Shown here: one piece after another, positions 1 through 9,198 of the stretch | Layout: every line of letters starts with the position of its first letter | Position numbering within the stretch: position 1 is the first letter of the stretch | Assembly (NCBI GenBank): GCA_963733915.1 | Contig: CAVTEP010000011.1 | Span: forward strand, 553,161-617,160 | Length of the DNA stretch: 64,000 nucleotides | Direction of reading: 5' to 3' | Source of the DNA: Candidatus Sulfomarinibacteraceae bacterium | GTDB lineage: Bacteria; Acidobacteriota; Thermoanaerobaculia; Thermoanaerobaculales; Sulfomarinibacteraceae | The notes under the pieces: model-generated | Told to the model about the DNA's origin: nothing | Database searches by the model: none | What the model saw: only the letters and a program-made list of their open reading frames with translations | Made by a program: the position numbers and the translations under genes

Positions 1-955
1 CGACCAGCGCGAAGAAGATGACATACAACGGGGTCGAGGACTGCTCGAGGGCGTCCAGGAAGTGTCCCGCCGCCTGCGGAAACACATTGCGCGCGATGAA
101 TCCGGCGGCCATGCAAACCAGCAGGTGTTCGACCCACGAGCCTCTGCCGAGCTCCGCCGATGCAAGGGCGAGGACGATGACAATCAGGGGCACCAGACGG
201 CCGACCTTGGCGACATACAATCCGAGCATCACTCCAAGCAGGGCACCCAGAAGCAGTGAACCCGCGATCTCCACGGCGACGTGACCGAGCATGCCGAGCC
301 CGGCCGGACCGGGGCCGAGCCACGACAGGGTGAGGGAGTTGACGGCCGTGAAGACGAGCAGGATCACGAGATCCTTGAGGATCGTCACGCCGATGACGGT
401 CTCGACCATCTCGCCGCGCGCCTTGAGCTCGGTGATCACCGCGATCGTCGTTGAGGGGGACACGGCAACCGCGATCACCCCAAGCAGCGCGACCCCGACG
501 AGAGCTGCCGCGGGATCGACCGGTCCGAGAAAGGGCGACACCTGCAGCAGCAGGAACAGACCACCGCTAACCATGAGGAAGATACCGACGACGTGGGCGC
601 TTGTGATCGCCAGCAGCGGCCGCAGCCGTTGCCGGATCACAGCGAGCCGAAACTCGCCCCCCGCCGTGAGAGCAATGAGGCCGAGCGCGAGCTCCTCGAA
701 GAGCCGCAGCAGTTCCGCGTCGCGGACCGTTTCGAGGGCCAGTGCGTGTGGGCCCGCGACCATCCCGAGCAACAGATAGCCTGTAATCCGGGGTAATCGG
801 CACCTCAGAGCCAACTCGCCCACGAGCAGGCCGCCGATGATCAGGACGCCGAGGGCAAGCAGCGCCGAACCCGCCGGGTCATCGACGACCACCCCGCCGA
901 CGAGGCGGGCGGCCCAACTCAAGGCCGCCAGCACGAGAAACAGAAACCACCTCAT
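1..955 (-). CDS. cation:proton antiporter family membrane protein (N-terminal part; gene runs off window start)
   Basis: Minus-strand frame is open from the ATG at 953-955 (MRWFLFLVLAALSWAARLVGG...GVLIIGGLLVGELALRCRLPRITGYLLLGMVAGP...) down to position 1. Polytopic hydrophobic sequence with an N-terminal LP.I.GYLL.G...GP motif typical of CPA/Kef-type exchangers. Start overlaps the upstream stop (ATGA). Absent from the ORF track because there is no stop in the window. Confidence 0.7.
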   Translation of the reverse strand, partial: MRWFLFLVLAALSWAARLVGGVVVDDPAGSALLALGVLIIGGLLVGELALRCRLPRITGYLLLGMVAGPHALALETVRDAELLRLFEELALGLIALTAGGEFRLAVIRQRLRPLLAITSAHVVGIFLMVSGGLFLLLQVSPFLGPVDPAAALVGVALLGVIAVAVSPSTTIAVITELKARGEMVETVIGVTILKDLVILLVFTAVNSLTLSWLGPGPAGLGMLGHVAVEIAGSLLLGALLGVMLGLYVAKVGRLVPLIVIVLALASAELGRGSWVEHLLVCMAAGFIARNVFPQAAGHFLDALEQSSTPLYVIFFALV

Positions 956-2154
956 GCGCGACTCGCTTCGGCTACCGGATCCAGGAGGCCCCGACGCATC
1001 CACAGACCACCGACCAGGTTATTGACGAGTATCGCGACCACTACCGCCTCGAGAACTCCCCGATGCTCGGGAAAGAAGCTGACGATCGCCACCAGCAGAC
1101 CGAGGGCGAGCTCGCCCTGTGGGACCAGACCGAGACCGAGGGCCGTCGTTCGGGTGGCAACACCGTTGTGGCGAGCCACCACCCCCAGGCCGGCGCCTGC
1201 GATCCACGCGGCTGCGGTCCGCACCGCCGTCAGCAGCACGAAGACCTCGAGCGAAAACGCGGCCCCGCCCCACGACGCGCCCACCAGCACCAGCAGAGCC
1301 ACGAGCATCGGGCGTTCGAGAGAGTGCGCGACCCGCAACATGCGGTGGGGGAAAACGCTGCGGTTGACGAGCACCGCGCCCGCGCAGGCCGCTGCCGGCA
1401 GGGCATTCAAGCCAAGGACCGCGGTCGCGCCGGCAACCAGGCACATCGCGCCGGCGACGAGAGTGAGCAGTGGAATATGCTCGCGCACGCCGCGTGCCAA
1501 TACGACCAGGGCATAACCGAGGACCACACCGATCGCAGCGGTGAGCACCACGAGCGCCCAGAGGGCTACGCTGCCGCCGCGGGTTGCCGTCAGCGGGCTC
1601 GCCATGGCCGCAGCAACTGCGAAAATCGCAACCGCGGGCATGCCGGCAAACGCCATCACCAGCTTGAGCAGCCGGACCGTCCCGCGATCGAGGATCCGCC
1701 GTCCACGGGCAAGCCCCTCGAGTGAGCTCGGCGATGAGGCCGTTGCGATCGCCCCCAGGGCCAGCGAGAGGGCCGGGTCGAGCCCCCAAACAAGGCCGCC
1801 CACAGCCACGGGAATCCCGAGGCCCAACGGAGTCAACCACCCCACCCATCGATGCCATCGCGCGAGCCGCCGGATGATGCGGAGCTCGACCTGGACCCCG
1901 AAAACAAACCCGATCCAGGCGAGGCCGAAGAGGACGACCACCCGCATTGCCCCCAGCAGGTTCTCGGGGAAGAGGCCGAAACCGCTGCTGCCGAGGATGA
2001 ATCCGACCGCGAGGAAGGAGATCCCCTCCATAGCGGGCGCACGCAGCCCGCGTCGTCCGAACGCGTTCCGCAGCTCGGCACCAAGCACGGCAAAGGCCAC
2101 TAGAACCAGGAATGCGACCGTTCCCCTGAGCATGCTCCAGTGTAGCCTCCGCAC
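952..2154 (-). CDS. cation:proton antiporter (Na+/H+ exchanger family) membrane protein
   Basis: 400-aa ORF, about 11-12 hydrophobic helices. GISFLAVGFILGSSGFG and other CPA-like motifs; no KTN/RCK domain. Translationally coupled to the downstream antiporter paralogue. Confidence 0.8.
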   Translation of the reverse strand: MRRLHWSMLRGTVAFLVLVAFAVLGAELRNAFGRRGLRAPAMEGISFLAVGFILGSSGFGLFPENLLGAMRVVVLFGLAWIGFVFGVQVELRIIRRLARWHRWVGWLTPLGLGIPVAVGGLVWGLDPALSLALGAIATASSPSSLEGLARGRRILDRGTVRLLKLVMAFAGMPAVAIFAVAAAMASPLTATRGGSVALWALVVLTAAIGVVLGYALVVLARGVREHIPLLTLVAGAMCLVAGATAVLGLNALPAAACAGAVLVNRSVFPHRMLRVAHSLERPMLVALLVLVGASWGGAAFSLEVFVLLTAVRTAAAWIAGAGLGVVARHNGVATRTTALGLGLVPQGELALGLLVAIVSFFPEHRGVLEAVVVAILVNNLVGGLWMRRGLLDPVAEASRA

Positions 2155-2158
2155 CCGG

Positions 2159-2297
2159 GGTCAAGAATTAGGGGTTAAGGGTCAAGAGTGAAGAGTTAGG
2201 GGGGCAAGGAGTCCAGACGTTACCGACAATGCCCCGGCGTGGAGTTTCCAGCTTTACTCTTGACTCTTCACTCTTGACTCTTCACTCTTGACTCTTG
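2159..2297. repeat. Composite repeat: three tandem 14-bp units ACTCTTGACTCTTC (2256-2297; heptamer ACTCTTS x6) plus an inverted 16-bp copy GTCAAGAGTGAAGAGT (2181-2196)
   Basis: Read directly. 2181-2196 is the exact reverse complement of 2263-2278 (and of 2277-2292). A partial extra copy GTCAAGAATTA lies at 2160-2170. The array sits between the stop of the PII-like gene and the start of the antiporter gene. Confidence 0.85.
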
Positions 2298-2302
2298 GCT
2301 TC

Positions 2303-2638
2303 CTAGAAATGCTCCACCGCGGCGACCGGCAGGAGGATCGCGGTATTGACAGGTCGATCGGGATCGGCTCGATCACCCGTATCCAGCTCGCGAATCGCCG
2401 CCAGCGCCTCTTCCGCGCGGTCCCCGCGTTCGATCAGGCAGAGCACGAGGCTCGAGAAGTCGACCCCGCTGGGCACCAGTGAACGCAGCCCGGCGAAGAT
2501 CGGAAGGTCGCGCTCGAGCAACTCGAGGCCGCTTCGACTCTCGACGACCACTGCGTCGGGCGCTTCCATCTCGACCAGGATCGAAAGCACCTCGTCGAGC
2601 AGGTCCTCCCGGTGGAGGACGACGACCAGAAGCTGCAC
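2303..2638 (-). CDS. small hypothetical protein, possibly PII-like (ferredoxin-like beta-alpha-beta) fold
   Basis: 111-aa ORF with GTG start immediately after the ptsN stop (TGAGTG). The MQLLVVVLHREDLLDEVLSILVEMEAPDAVVVESRSG pattern resembles PII/SbtB-like small regulators. Family assignment is tentative. Confidence 0.5.
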   Translation of the reverse strand: MQLLVVVLHREDLLDEVLSILVEMEAPDAVVVESRSGLELLERDLPIFAGLRSLVPSGVDFSSLVLCLIERGDRAEEALAAIRELDTGDRADPDRPVNTAILLPVAAVEHF

Positions 2639-3097
2639 TCAGGCCCCCTCGAGGCGCTCGAGACCGGCGAGAAACTCGCGGCCGCTGGCGGCCTCGACGA
2701 GCGGCTCGAGGGCCTCCCTTCGCCGCGCGAGGCGCGCGAGGCGCGCGAGACCGGCGAGATGGTCAGCCGCGGTGTTGGTGTCGCCCAAAAGACAGAACAC
2801 GAGGCGAACGGGCTGGTCGTCGAGGGCAGGGTACTGGAGACCTGAGGGGTGGGTCGAGGCCGCCATGAGGAGACGCCGGAGCCCCGCGACCTGGGCGTGA
2901 GGAACCGCCACGCCGCCGCCGATGCCGGTCGAGAGGATCCCCTCGCGCTCGAGAAGCCGGTCGACCACGGCGCTGGCCGAGTCAACCAGATTGGCCTTGG
3001 CAAAGGTCTCGCCGAAGAGCTGGAAGAGCTCGGCGCGGTCACGGACCTCCGGCGAGATCAACACCATATCTGGATCGAGTTGTTGTGACAGACGCAT
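2639..3097 (-). CDS. ptsN: PTS EIIA-type (fructose/nitrogen family) regulatory protein, PtsN-like
   Basis: 152 aa. Conserved phosphorylation-site motif GIGGGVAVPH and overall EIIA(Ntr) layout. Confidence 0.8.
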   Translation of the reverse strand: MRLSQQLDPDMVLISPEVRDRAELFQLFGETFAKANLVDSASAVVDRLLEREGILSTGIGGGVAVPHAQVAGLRRLLMAASTHPSGLQYPALDDQPVRLVFCLLGDTNTAADHLAGLARLARLARRREALEPLVEAASGREFLAGLERLEGA

Positions 3098-3197
3098 CGC
3101 TCAGTCCGGCCCTTTCGTCATCAGCGGGGTCCGCCCCGGAATCGTTTGCGGTCCCGACGGCGTTCGTCGGGCCGTAGCGCGATCAGAACGGCGCGAC

Positions 3198-3617
3198 TCA
3201 GAACCGATTGGCGAACTCGCTGATGCCCGGGACCAGAAAGCGCTGGCCGTTGAGCCCTTTGACGATGCAGAGGATACTGACCACCAGATATGCAAGCGAG
3301 AGACCGATCTCGAGCAGAAACACGATGCAGTTGACGCCGGGAATCAGGGACAGAACTGTACCTACGATCAACACCGCGATGAACGAGACAAAAAGCACCA
3401 GTCCATGCTTTGCGTGCCACTGGACTTCACTATCGTTCTTTTCCACCAGCAGTGGGATCAGCGCCAGCAGGCCCAGGTAGGAAAGAACAATCATGATGTT
3501 GCGGTTTTCGGAAACGACCTCGGCCTTTTTGGCCGCCGGCTCAGACTGCGGGGTCGGAGCGGGCGGCGGGGGCGGCGGAGGCGCGCCGGTGTTCGGGCCT
3601 TGCGGGGTGTCGTTCAT
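3198..3617 (-). CDS. DUF4870 family membrane protein with Pro-rich N-terminus
   Basis: 139 aa. NIMIVLSYLGLLALIPLLVEKNDSEVQWHAKHGLVLF matches the DUF4870 signature. Noticeably lower GC than its neighbours. Confidence 0.7.
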   Translation of the reverse strand: MNDTPQGPNTGAPPPPPPPAPTPQSEPAAKKAEVVSENRNIMIVLSYLGLLALIPLLVEKNDSEVQWHAKHGLVLFVSFIAVLIVGTVLSLIPGVNCIVFLLEIGLSLAYLVVSILCIVKGLNGQRFLVPGISEFANRF

Positions 3618-3753
3618 GAGTCATCTCCCTTCCAGGAAAACCTCGGTCGCTCTCGTTGACGTTCTATGCCCACATTCTACCTGACGCTCCGGCTCAAGAG
3701 GCAAGCTTCAAGGAAAAAAGATCGGCGGCGTGTTTTCGGCCGCCATCCCAGGC

Positions 3754-3782
3754 TTGCGCCTCGACTCGCCATGTGGTAAAAC
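3754..3782 (+). promoter_or_regulatory. candidate sigma70 promoter for tRNA-Glu (and possibly gap)
   Basis: TTGCGC (3754-3759), 17-bp spacer, TAAAAC (3777-3782), 11 nt before the tRNA 5' end. Confidence 0.4.
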
Positions 3783-3793
3783 CCTCGCCGCGT

Positions 3794-3869
3794 GGCCCGT
3801 TCGTCTAGGGGTCTAGGACGCTGGCCTCTCACGCCGGTAACACGGGTTCGAATCCCGTACGGGCTACCA
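3794..3869 (+). tRNA. tRNA-Glu (anticodon CUC)
   Basis: Cloverleaf read by hand: acceptor GGCCCGT/ACGGGCT, anticodon stem CTGGC/GCCGG, loop CTCTCAC, T-loop GGTTCGAATCC, encoded CCA. Confidence 0.95.
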
Positions 3870-3944
3870 TGCTTTCCACCCACCTCAATTCTCGATCCGC
3901 ACTTTGCTATACTTTCGGGCCATTCCAACGCGTGGAGGACTCCC

Positions 3945-4958
3945 ATGAGCGTCAAGGTTGCGATCAACGGTTTCGGACGCATCGGCCGCCTGCTGGCCCG
4001 CCATCTCAAGGCCCGTGACGGGTTTGACCTCGTTGCCATCAACGACCTCACGTCGCCGGACATGCTCGGCTATCTCTTCGGGCACGATTCGGTGCACGGC
4101 CCGTACCGGGGAACGGTCGAGGTCGACGGCTCCGATCTCGTCATTGACGGCGATCGCATGCGGGTGCTCGCCGAACGCGAGCCCGCCAAGCTGCCCTGGC
4201 GCGATCTTGGTGTCGACTACGTCTTCGAGGCCACCGGACTCTTCCGCAGCCGCGAAAGGGCGGGCGCTCACCTCGAGGCGGGCGCCACGCGGGTGGTCAT
4301 CACCGCGCCCGGACAGGAGGTGGACGAGACCTTTGTCATGGGGGTCAACAACGACCTCTTCGATCCCGCGAAGCACTTCGTGGTTTCCAACGCCTCCTGC
4401 ACCACCAACTGTCTGGCGCCGATGGCCAAGGTGCTGCACGAGACGGTCGGCATCGAGCACGGCTGGCTGACCACGATCCATGCCTACACGAATGACCAGC
4501 GGATCCTCGACGTCCAGCACCCCAAGGACATGCGCCGCGCGCGCGCAGCCGCGATCAATATCATCCCGTCCTCCACCGGCGCCGCCAAGGCAATCGGCCT
4601 CGTCTACCCGGCGCTAGCCGGCAAGCTGCACGGCGCCGCCCTGCGGGTGCCGGTGGCTGACGGCTCGGTCTGCGATTTGACTTTCGTGGCCGGCCGCGCA
4701 TCCTCGGTCGACGAGCTCAAGGCGGCCTTCGTCAAGGCTGCCGGCTCTTCCCTCAAAGGCATTCTGCGCGCCACCGACGAGCCCATGGTCTCGACCGACG
4801 TCATCGGCGAGACCCATTCGTCGGTTGTCGACCTCGAGCTCATGGCGCAAATCGCGCCGACCTTTTTCCGCGTCGTCGGCTGGTACGACAACGAGAACGC
4901 CTACGCGCTGCGATGCGTCGATCTGCTCGAGTTCATGGTCGCACGGGAGAACGCGTGA
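3945..4958 (+). CDS. gap: type I glyceraldehyde-3-phosphate dehydrogenase
   Basis: MSVKVAINGFGRIGR..., catalytic SNASCTTNCLAP. ATG at 3945 is preceded by GGAGGA. The track ORF start at 3792 overlaps the tRNA and was rejected. Confidence 0.95.
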   Translation: MSVKVAINGFGRIGRLLARHLKARDGFDLVAINDLTSPDMLGYLFGHDSVHGPYRGTVEVDGSDLVIDGDRMRVLAEREPAKLPWRDLGVDYVFEATGLFRSRERAGAHLEAGATRVVITAPGQEVDETFVMGVNNDLFDPAKHFVVSNASCTTNCLAPMAKVLHETVGIEHGWLTTIHAYTNDQRILDVQHPKDMRRARAAAINIIPSSTGAAKAIGLVYPALAGKLHGAALRVPVADGSVCDLTFVAGRASSVDELKAAFVKAAGSSLKGILRATDEPMVSTDVIGETHSSVVDLELMAQIAPTFFRVVGWYDNENAYALRCVDLLEFMVARENA

Positions 4959-6133
4959 ACCTGCCCGCCCTGACCGATCTCGACGCAATCGAAGGCTCGC
5001 GGGTGCTGGCCCGCCTTGACCTCAACGTCCCACTCAAGGATTCCGAGGTTCTCGACGACACTCGGATCGTGGCCGCTCTGCCCACCCTGCGCTGGCTCCT
5101 GGAGCGCGCCGACGTCGTGGCCGCCTGCTCCCACCTCGGCAAGGCCAAGGGCGCGCCTGACCCTGCCTACTCGCTGGCGCCGGTGGCGGCGGACCTTGAA
5201 AGGGCCATCGGCCGTCCGGTCCGCTTTGTACCCGACTGCCTCGCAGCTTCTGCGGCGGACGCCGCGCCGGGATCTTTGCTGTTGCTCGAGAATCTTCGAT
5301 TCTATGTCGGCGAAAAAACTGACGATGCCGACTTTGCCGCTCGCCTCGCCTCGCCCTACAGCCACTACGTCAATGACGCCTTTGGCACCGCACATCGCGC
5401 CCACGCGTCGGTCCACGCCGTCGCATTCGAATATTCATCGGGCCGCAAGGCCGCCGGCTTCCTCATGGAGCGTGAGGTCGCGGCGCTGAGCCGCGTGGTC
5501 GACAGTCCCGAGCAGCCATTCGTGGCGGTGGTCGGCGGCGCCAAGGTCTCGACCAAGACCGCGCCGCTCGAGGCGCTTCTCGGCCGGGTGGATTCCCTGC
5601 TCATCGGCGGCGGCATGGCCAACACCTTCTTCCTCGCACAGGGATTCGAGGTCGGCCGGTCGCTGGTCGAAAAGGAAATGGTGGAAAAGGCGCGCGCGGT
5701 GCTTGCGGCCGCGGAAAAGCGCGGCATCACGATTCTGCTGCCGGAGGACGTCGTAGTGGCGGACACCATCGATGCCCCGCACCGGGTCGAGGTCGTTTCC
5801 AGCGACGACATCCCGGCCCAATTGATGGTCGTCGACATCGGACCCAAGGCGCGCGCCCGCTACCGGGAAATCCTGAGAGGCGCCCGCACCGCGTTTTGGA
5901 ACGGACCCATGGGCGTATTCGAGGTCGACGCCTTTGCCGCCGGCACCCTGGCGATCGCCGAGGCGCTGGCGGCGAGTCCGGCGTTTTCGGTGGTCGGCGG
6001 TGGTGAATCGGTACTGGCCGTACGTCAGGCGGGATTGCTCGATGAAATCGACCACGTCTCGACCGGTGGCGGCGCCTCGCTCCAGTTCATCACCGGTGAA
6101 GCAATGCCGGCCATTACCGCGCTTCAGAGCTGA
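4955..6133 (+). CDS. pgk: phosphoglycerate kinase
   Basis: Pgk motifs (RLDLNVPL, VGGAKVSTK, STGGGASL). GTG at 4955 overlaps the gap stop (GTGA), giving a normal ~392-aa length. Confidence 0.93.
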   Translation: MNLPALTDLDAIEGSRVLARLDLNVPLKDSEVLDDTRIVAALPTLRWLLERADVVAACSHLGKAKGAPDPAYSLAPVAADLERAIGRPVRFVPDCLAASAADAAPGSLLLLENLRFYVGEKTDDADFAARLASPYSHYVNDAFGTAHRAHASVHAVAFEYSSGRKAAGFLMEREVAALSRVVDSPEQPFVAVVGGAKVSTKTAPLEALLGRVDSLLIGGGMANTFFLAQGFEVGRSLVEKEMVEKARAVLAAAEKRGITILLPEDVVVADTIDAPHRVEVVSSDDIPAQLMVVDIGPKARARYREILRGARTAFWNGPMGVFEVDAFAAGTLAIAEALAASPAFSVVGGGESVLAVRQAGLLDEIDHVSTGGGASLQFITGEAMPAITALQS

Positions 6134-6144
6134 AGGAGAACGGC

Positions 6145-6909
6145 ATGCGAAGACCGCTGATCGCCGGCAACTGGAAAATGCACAAGACGGTGGCCGAGAC
6201 CGCCGCCTACCTCGAGGTTCTGCTCGGCGAAAACCTGCCGGAAACGGTCGATGTGGTCTGCTGTCCGACCTTTGTTTCGCTGCCCTCCGCGGCGATGCTC
6301 CTGACCGCTTCGGGGATCGGGCTCGGCGCCCAGAACGTGCACTGGGAGGAAAGTGGCGCCTTTACCGCCGAGGTGTCCGCGTCGATGTTGATCGAGCTCG
6401 GTGTCCGTTGGGCGATCGTCGGCCACTCCGAGCGGCGGACTCTGTTTGGCGAAACCGACGAAACGGCCCTCGCTCGTGCGCGTGCGGCGCAGGCGGCCGG
6501 GCTCGAAGTCATCTACTGCATCGGCGAGACCCTCGCCGAACGCGACGCGGGCGAAACCTTCGCCATCGTCGAGCGGCAGACGGCAGGACTCGGAGGTCTC
6601 GACCCCGACCATCTCGTGCTCGCCTACGAGCCGGTATGGGCGATCGGCACCGGCCGCAACGCGACGCCCGCCCAGGCCCAGGAAGCCCACGCTTTCCTTC
6701 GCCTTCGCATGGCGGCGATCTTTGACGGCAACGCCGCGGAAAGCCTGCGGATCCTCTACGGCGGCAGCCTCAAACCCGGCAACGCGTCCGAGCTCCTCTC
6801 ACTTCAAGACGTCGACGGCGGCTTGATCGGCGGCGCAAGCCTTGACGTGAGTTCATTTTCCGCTATCATCCGCGCTGCGGCGGACTGCGCCGCGGGAGAT
6901 GACTCGTGA
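6145..6909 (+). CDS. tpiA: triose-phosphate isomerase
   Basis: IAGNWKMHK, VGHSERR, AYEPVWAIGTG, GGASL motifs. Confidence 0.95.
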   Translation: MRRPLIAGNWKMHKTVAETAAYLEVLLGENLPETVDVVCCPTFVSLPSAAMLLTASGIGLGAQNVHWEESGAFTAEVSASMLIELGVRWAIVGHSERRTLFGETDETALARARAAQAAGLEVIYCIGETLAERDAGETFAIVERQTAGLGGLDPDHLVLAYEPVWAIGTGRNATPAQAQEAHAFLRLRMAAIFDGNAAESLRILYGGSLKPGNASELLSLQDVDGGLIGGASLDVSSFSAIIRAAADCAAGDDS

Positions 6910-7316
6910 CTGTTTTACTCGTGATCCTTTATGTTCTGGTGTGCCTGTTCCTGATCATGGTGGTGCTCCTGCAACAGGGCAAGGGCGCCGACCTCGCCGG
7001 CGCCTTTGGCGGCGGCGGCAGCCAGACCTCATTCGGCCCTCGCGGCACCACCAACATCATGCACCGCATGACCACCGGCGCCTTCGTGCTCTTCGTGATT
7101 CTCTGCTTGAGCCTGGCGATTCTGTCCGGCAAACGACGGACCTCGGTGATGGAAGAAATCCCGGTGGCGGCCACGCAGGCGACGGAAGACGTGCTCGAAA
7201 CGGCCATCGCCGAGGAGAACGCGGGGGGAGAGATCACGGTCGAGCAGCCGCCTCCGTTCGAGGAGGTGGCGGACGACGGCGACAGCGCGCCCACCCCGAC
7301 CGGCGACATCAACTAG
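6906..7316 (+). CDS. secG: preprotein translocase subunit SecG with long acidic C-terminal extension
   Basis: The N-terminal 75 aa match SecG (LLQQGKGADLAGAFGGGGSQTSFG). Position after tpiA is the canonical gap-pgk-tpiA-secG synteny. GTG start overlaps the tpiA stop. Confidence 0.85.
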   Translation: MTVLLVILYVLVCLFLIMVVLLQQGKGADLAGAFGGGGSQTSFGPRGTTNIMHRMTTGAFVLFVILCLSLAILSGKRRTSVMEEIPVAATQATEDVLETAIAEENAGGEITVEQPPPFEEVADDGDSAPTPTGDIN

Positions 7317-7370
7317 GGCCGGGATCGCTTGCGAGCGAGAGGCTCAGGATCTAAGATGGCGATGGTTCGT

Positions 7371-7455
7371 GCCGAAGTGGCGGAATTGGTAGACGCGCAC
7401 GGTTGAGGGCCGTGTGGAGCGATCCGTGCCGGTTCGAGTCCGGCCTTCGGCACCA
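7371..7455 (+). tRNA. tRNA-Leu (anticodon GAG)
   Basis: Acceptor GCCGAAG/CTTCGGC, anticodon stem CACGG/CCGTG with loop TTGAGGG, long variable arm, GGTTCGAGTCC T-loop, encoded CCA. Confidence 0.95.
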
Positions 7456-7495
7456 AATTTCGAGACCCCGCGGAACCCGCGGGGTCTTGAAATTT
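7456..7495. terminator. bidirectional intrinsic terminator (tRNA-Leu / glnS)
   Basis: AAATTTC-GAGACCCCGCG-loop-CGCGGGGTCT-TGAAATTT: a 10-11 bp GC stem flanked by A/T tracts on both sides, between convergent transcription units. Confidence 0.65.
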
Positions 7496-7500
7496 GAGCC

Positions 7501-9180
7501 TTATCCTTTTGCTTTTTCTTTTGCCCAGGTGTCGCGCAGAGTGACTGTCCGGTTGAGAACCGGCCGATCCTGGGTTGAGTCACGGTCGACACAGAAGTAT
7601 CCCAGCCGTTCGAGCTGGAATCGATCACCAGCCTCCATGCTCGCGATGTCCGGCTCGAGCATGGCGTTGTCGATCACTTCGAGAGATTGCGGGTTGAGGT
7701 CATCGACGAAATCGGCTTCGGCGCCCGGGTCGGGTCGGTTGAAGAGGTGGTCGTAAAGCCGCACCTCGGCGGTGACGGCGTGCCCGGCCGAGACCCAGTG
7801 GAGGGTCGCCTTGACCTTGCGACCGTCCGGCGAGTCGCCGCCACGGGTCGCGGGATCGTAGGTGCAGCGCAGTTCGACGACCTCGCCGTCGTCGTCTTTG
7901 ACGATCTCGCGGCAGGTGATGAAGTAGGCGTAGCGGAGACGGACCTCGCGGCCCGGCGCGAGCCGGAAGAACTTCTTCGGCGGGTCCTCCATGAAATCTT
8001 CTCTCTCGATATAGAGCTCGCGTGAGAACGGTACCGCCCGGGTCCCGGCCGTGGCGTCCTCCGGATTGTTGACAGCCTCGAGCTCCTCGATGCGACCCTC
8101 GGGGAAGTTATCGATCACGACCTTGAGTGGGTGGAGGACGCCCATTCGTCGCTCCGCGGTCCGGTTGAGCTCCGCGCGCACGCAATGCTCGAGGAGCGCC
8201 AGATCGACGACGCTGTTGCGCTTGGCGACGCCGACGCGTTCGGCGAAATCGCGGAGCGCCGCCGGGGGGTAGCCGAGGCGGCGGATGCCGCAGATGGTCG
8301 GCATGCGGGGGTCGTCCCAGCCATTGACGTGGCCCTCGTTGACCAGCCGCAGAAGGCGGCGCTTGGAGAGCACTGTGTGGTTCAGATTGAGGCGCGCGAA
8401 CTCGATCTGTCGCGGGCGCGAAGGCACCGGCAGGTTCTCCACCAACCAGTCGTACAGCGGGCGGTGGTCCTCGAACTCGAGGGTGCACAGGCTATGGGTG
8501 ATGCGTTCGATGGCGTCGGACTGGCCGTGGGCGAAATCGTAGGTCGGGTAAATGCACCAGCGGTCGGCGGTCCGCGGATGGGCGGCGTGGAGGATCCGAT
8601 ACAAGACCGGGTCCCTCAGATTGATGTTGCCGGCCGCCATATCGATGCGGGCGCGAAGGACCTTGGCGCCGTCGGGGTAGTCGCCCGCGCGCATCGCCCG
8701 GAATTGGCGCAGGTTCTCCGCGGCGTCGCGGTCGCGCCAGGGGCTCGCCGTGCCGGGCTCGGTGAGGGTGCCGCGATGGGCCCGAATCTCCTCCGCCGAG
8801 AGATCATCGACGTAGGCCTTGCCTTGGTTGATCAGGTATTCCGCCCATTCGTAGAGCCGTTCGAAGTAATCCGAGGCGTAGTAAAGGTGCTCGCCCCAGT
8901 CGAAGCCGAGCCACCGCACGTCCTGCTCGATGGCCTCGATGTACTCGTGCTCCTCCTTGGTCGGATTGGTGTCGTCGAATCTCAGGTGGCATCGCCCGCC
9001 AAACTCGGCCGCGATGCCGAAGTTGAGGCTGATCGACTTGACATGGCCGATGTGGAGATAGCCGTTTGGCTCGGGTGGGAACCGGGTCACCACCTCTGTG
9101 TGCTTGCCGCTGGCGAGATCAGAGCGAACGATCTCGCGGATGAAATCCTTCCTGTCGCCGTCGGCCTCTCCGTTTGCCAT
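7501..9180 (-). CDS. glnS: glutamine--tRNA ligase
   Basis: 559 aa. [14 protein letters not shown] (HIGH motif), VLSKRRL (KMSKS-like), GlnRS-type C-terminal anticodon-binding domains. Confidence 0.95.
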   Translation of the reverse strand: MANGEADGDRKDFIREIVRSDLASGKHTEVVTRFPPEPNGYLHIGHVKSISLNFGIAAEFGGRCHLRFDDTNPTKEEHEYIEAIEQDVRWLGFDWGEHLYYASDYFERLYEWAEYLINQGKAYVDDLSAEEIRAHRGTLTEPGTASPWRDRDAAENLRQFRAMRAGDYPDGAKVLRARIDMAAGNINLRDPVLYRILHAAHPRTADRWCIYPTYDFAHGQSDAIERITHSLCTLEFEDHRPLYDWLVENLPVPSRPRQIEFARLNLNHTVLSKRRLLRLVNEGHVNGWDDPRMPTICGIRRLGYPPAALRDFAERVGVAKRNSVVDLALLEHCVRAELNRTAERRMGVLHPLKVVIDNFPEGRIEELEAVNNPEDATAGTRAVPFSRELYIEREDFMEDPPKKFFRLAPGREVRLRYAYFITCREIVKDDDGEVVELRCTYDPATRGGDSPDGRKVKATLHWVSAGHAVTAEVRLYDHLFNRPDPGAEADFVDDLNPQSLEVIDNAMLEPDIASMEAGDRFQLERLGYFCVDRDSTQDRPVLNRTVTLRDTWAKEKAKG

Positions 9181-9198
9181 CGAACCCCCGTCTCCGTC

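Noticed and set aside
2256-2297. Tandem repeats (here and at 10923-10963) as a possible CRISPR array
   Set aside because: The units are 6-14 bp and directly abutting, with no unique spacers, no leader, and no cas genes in the window.
3198-3617. Lower-GC DUF4870 gene as a horizontally acquired islet
   Set aside because: It is a single small membrane-protein gene with no flanking repeats or mobility genes. The compositional dip can be explained by hydrophobic amino-acid bias, and it cannot be tested without genome-wide statistics.
3792-3944. N-terminal extension of the gap ORF in the track
   Set aside because: The extension is the tRNA-Glu gene read as protein. The real start is the ATG at 3945, with a GGAGGA RBS and the conserved MSVKVAINGFGRIGR N-terminus.
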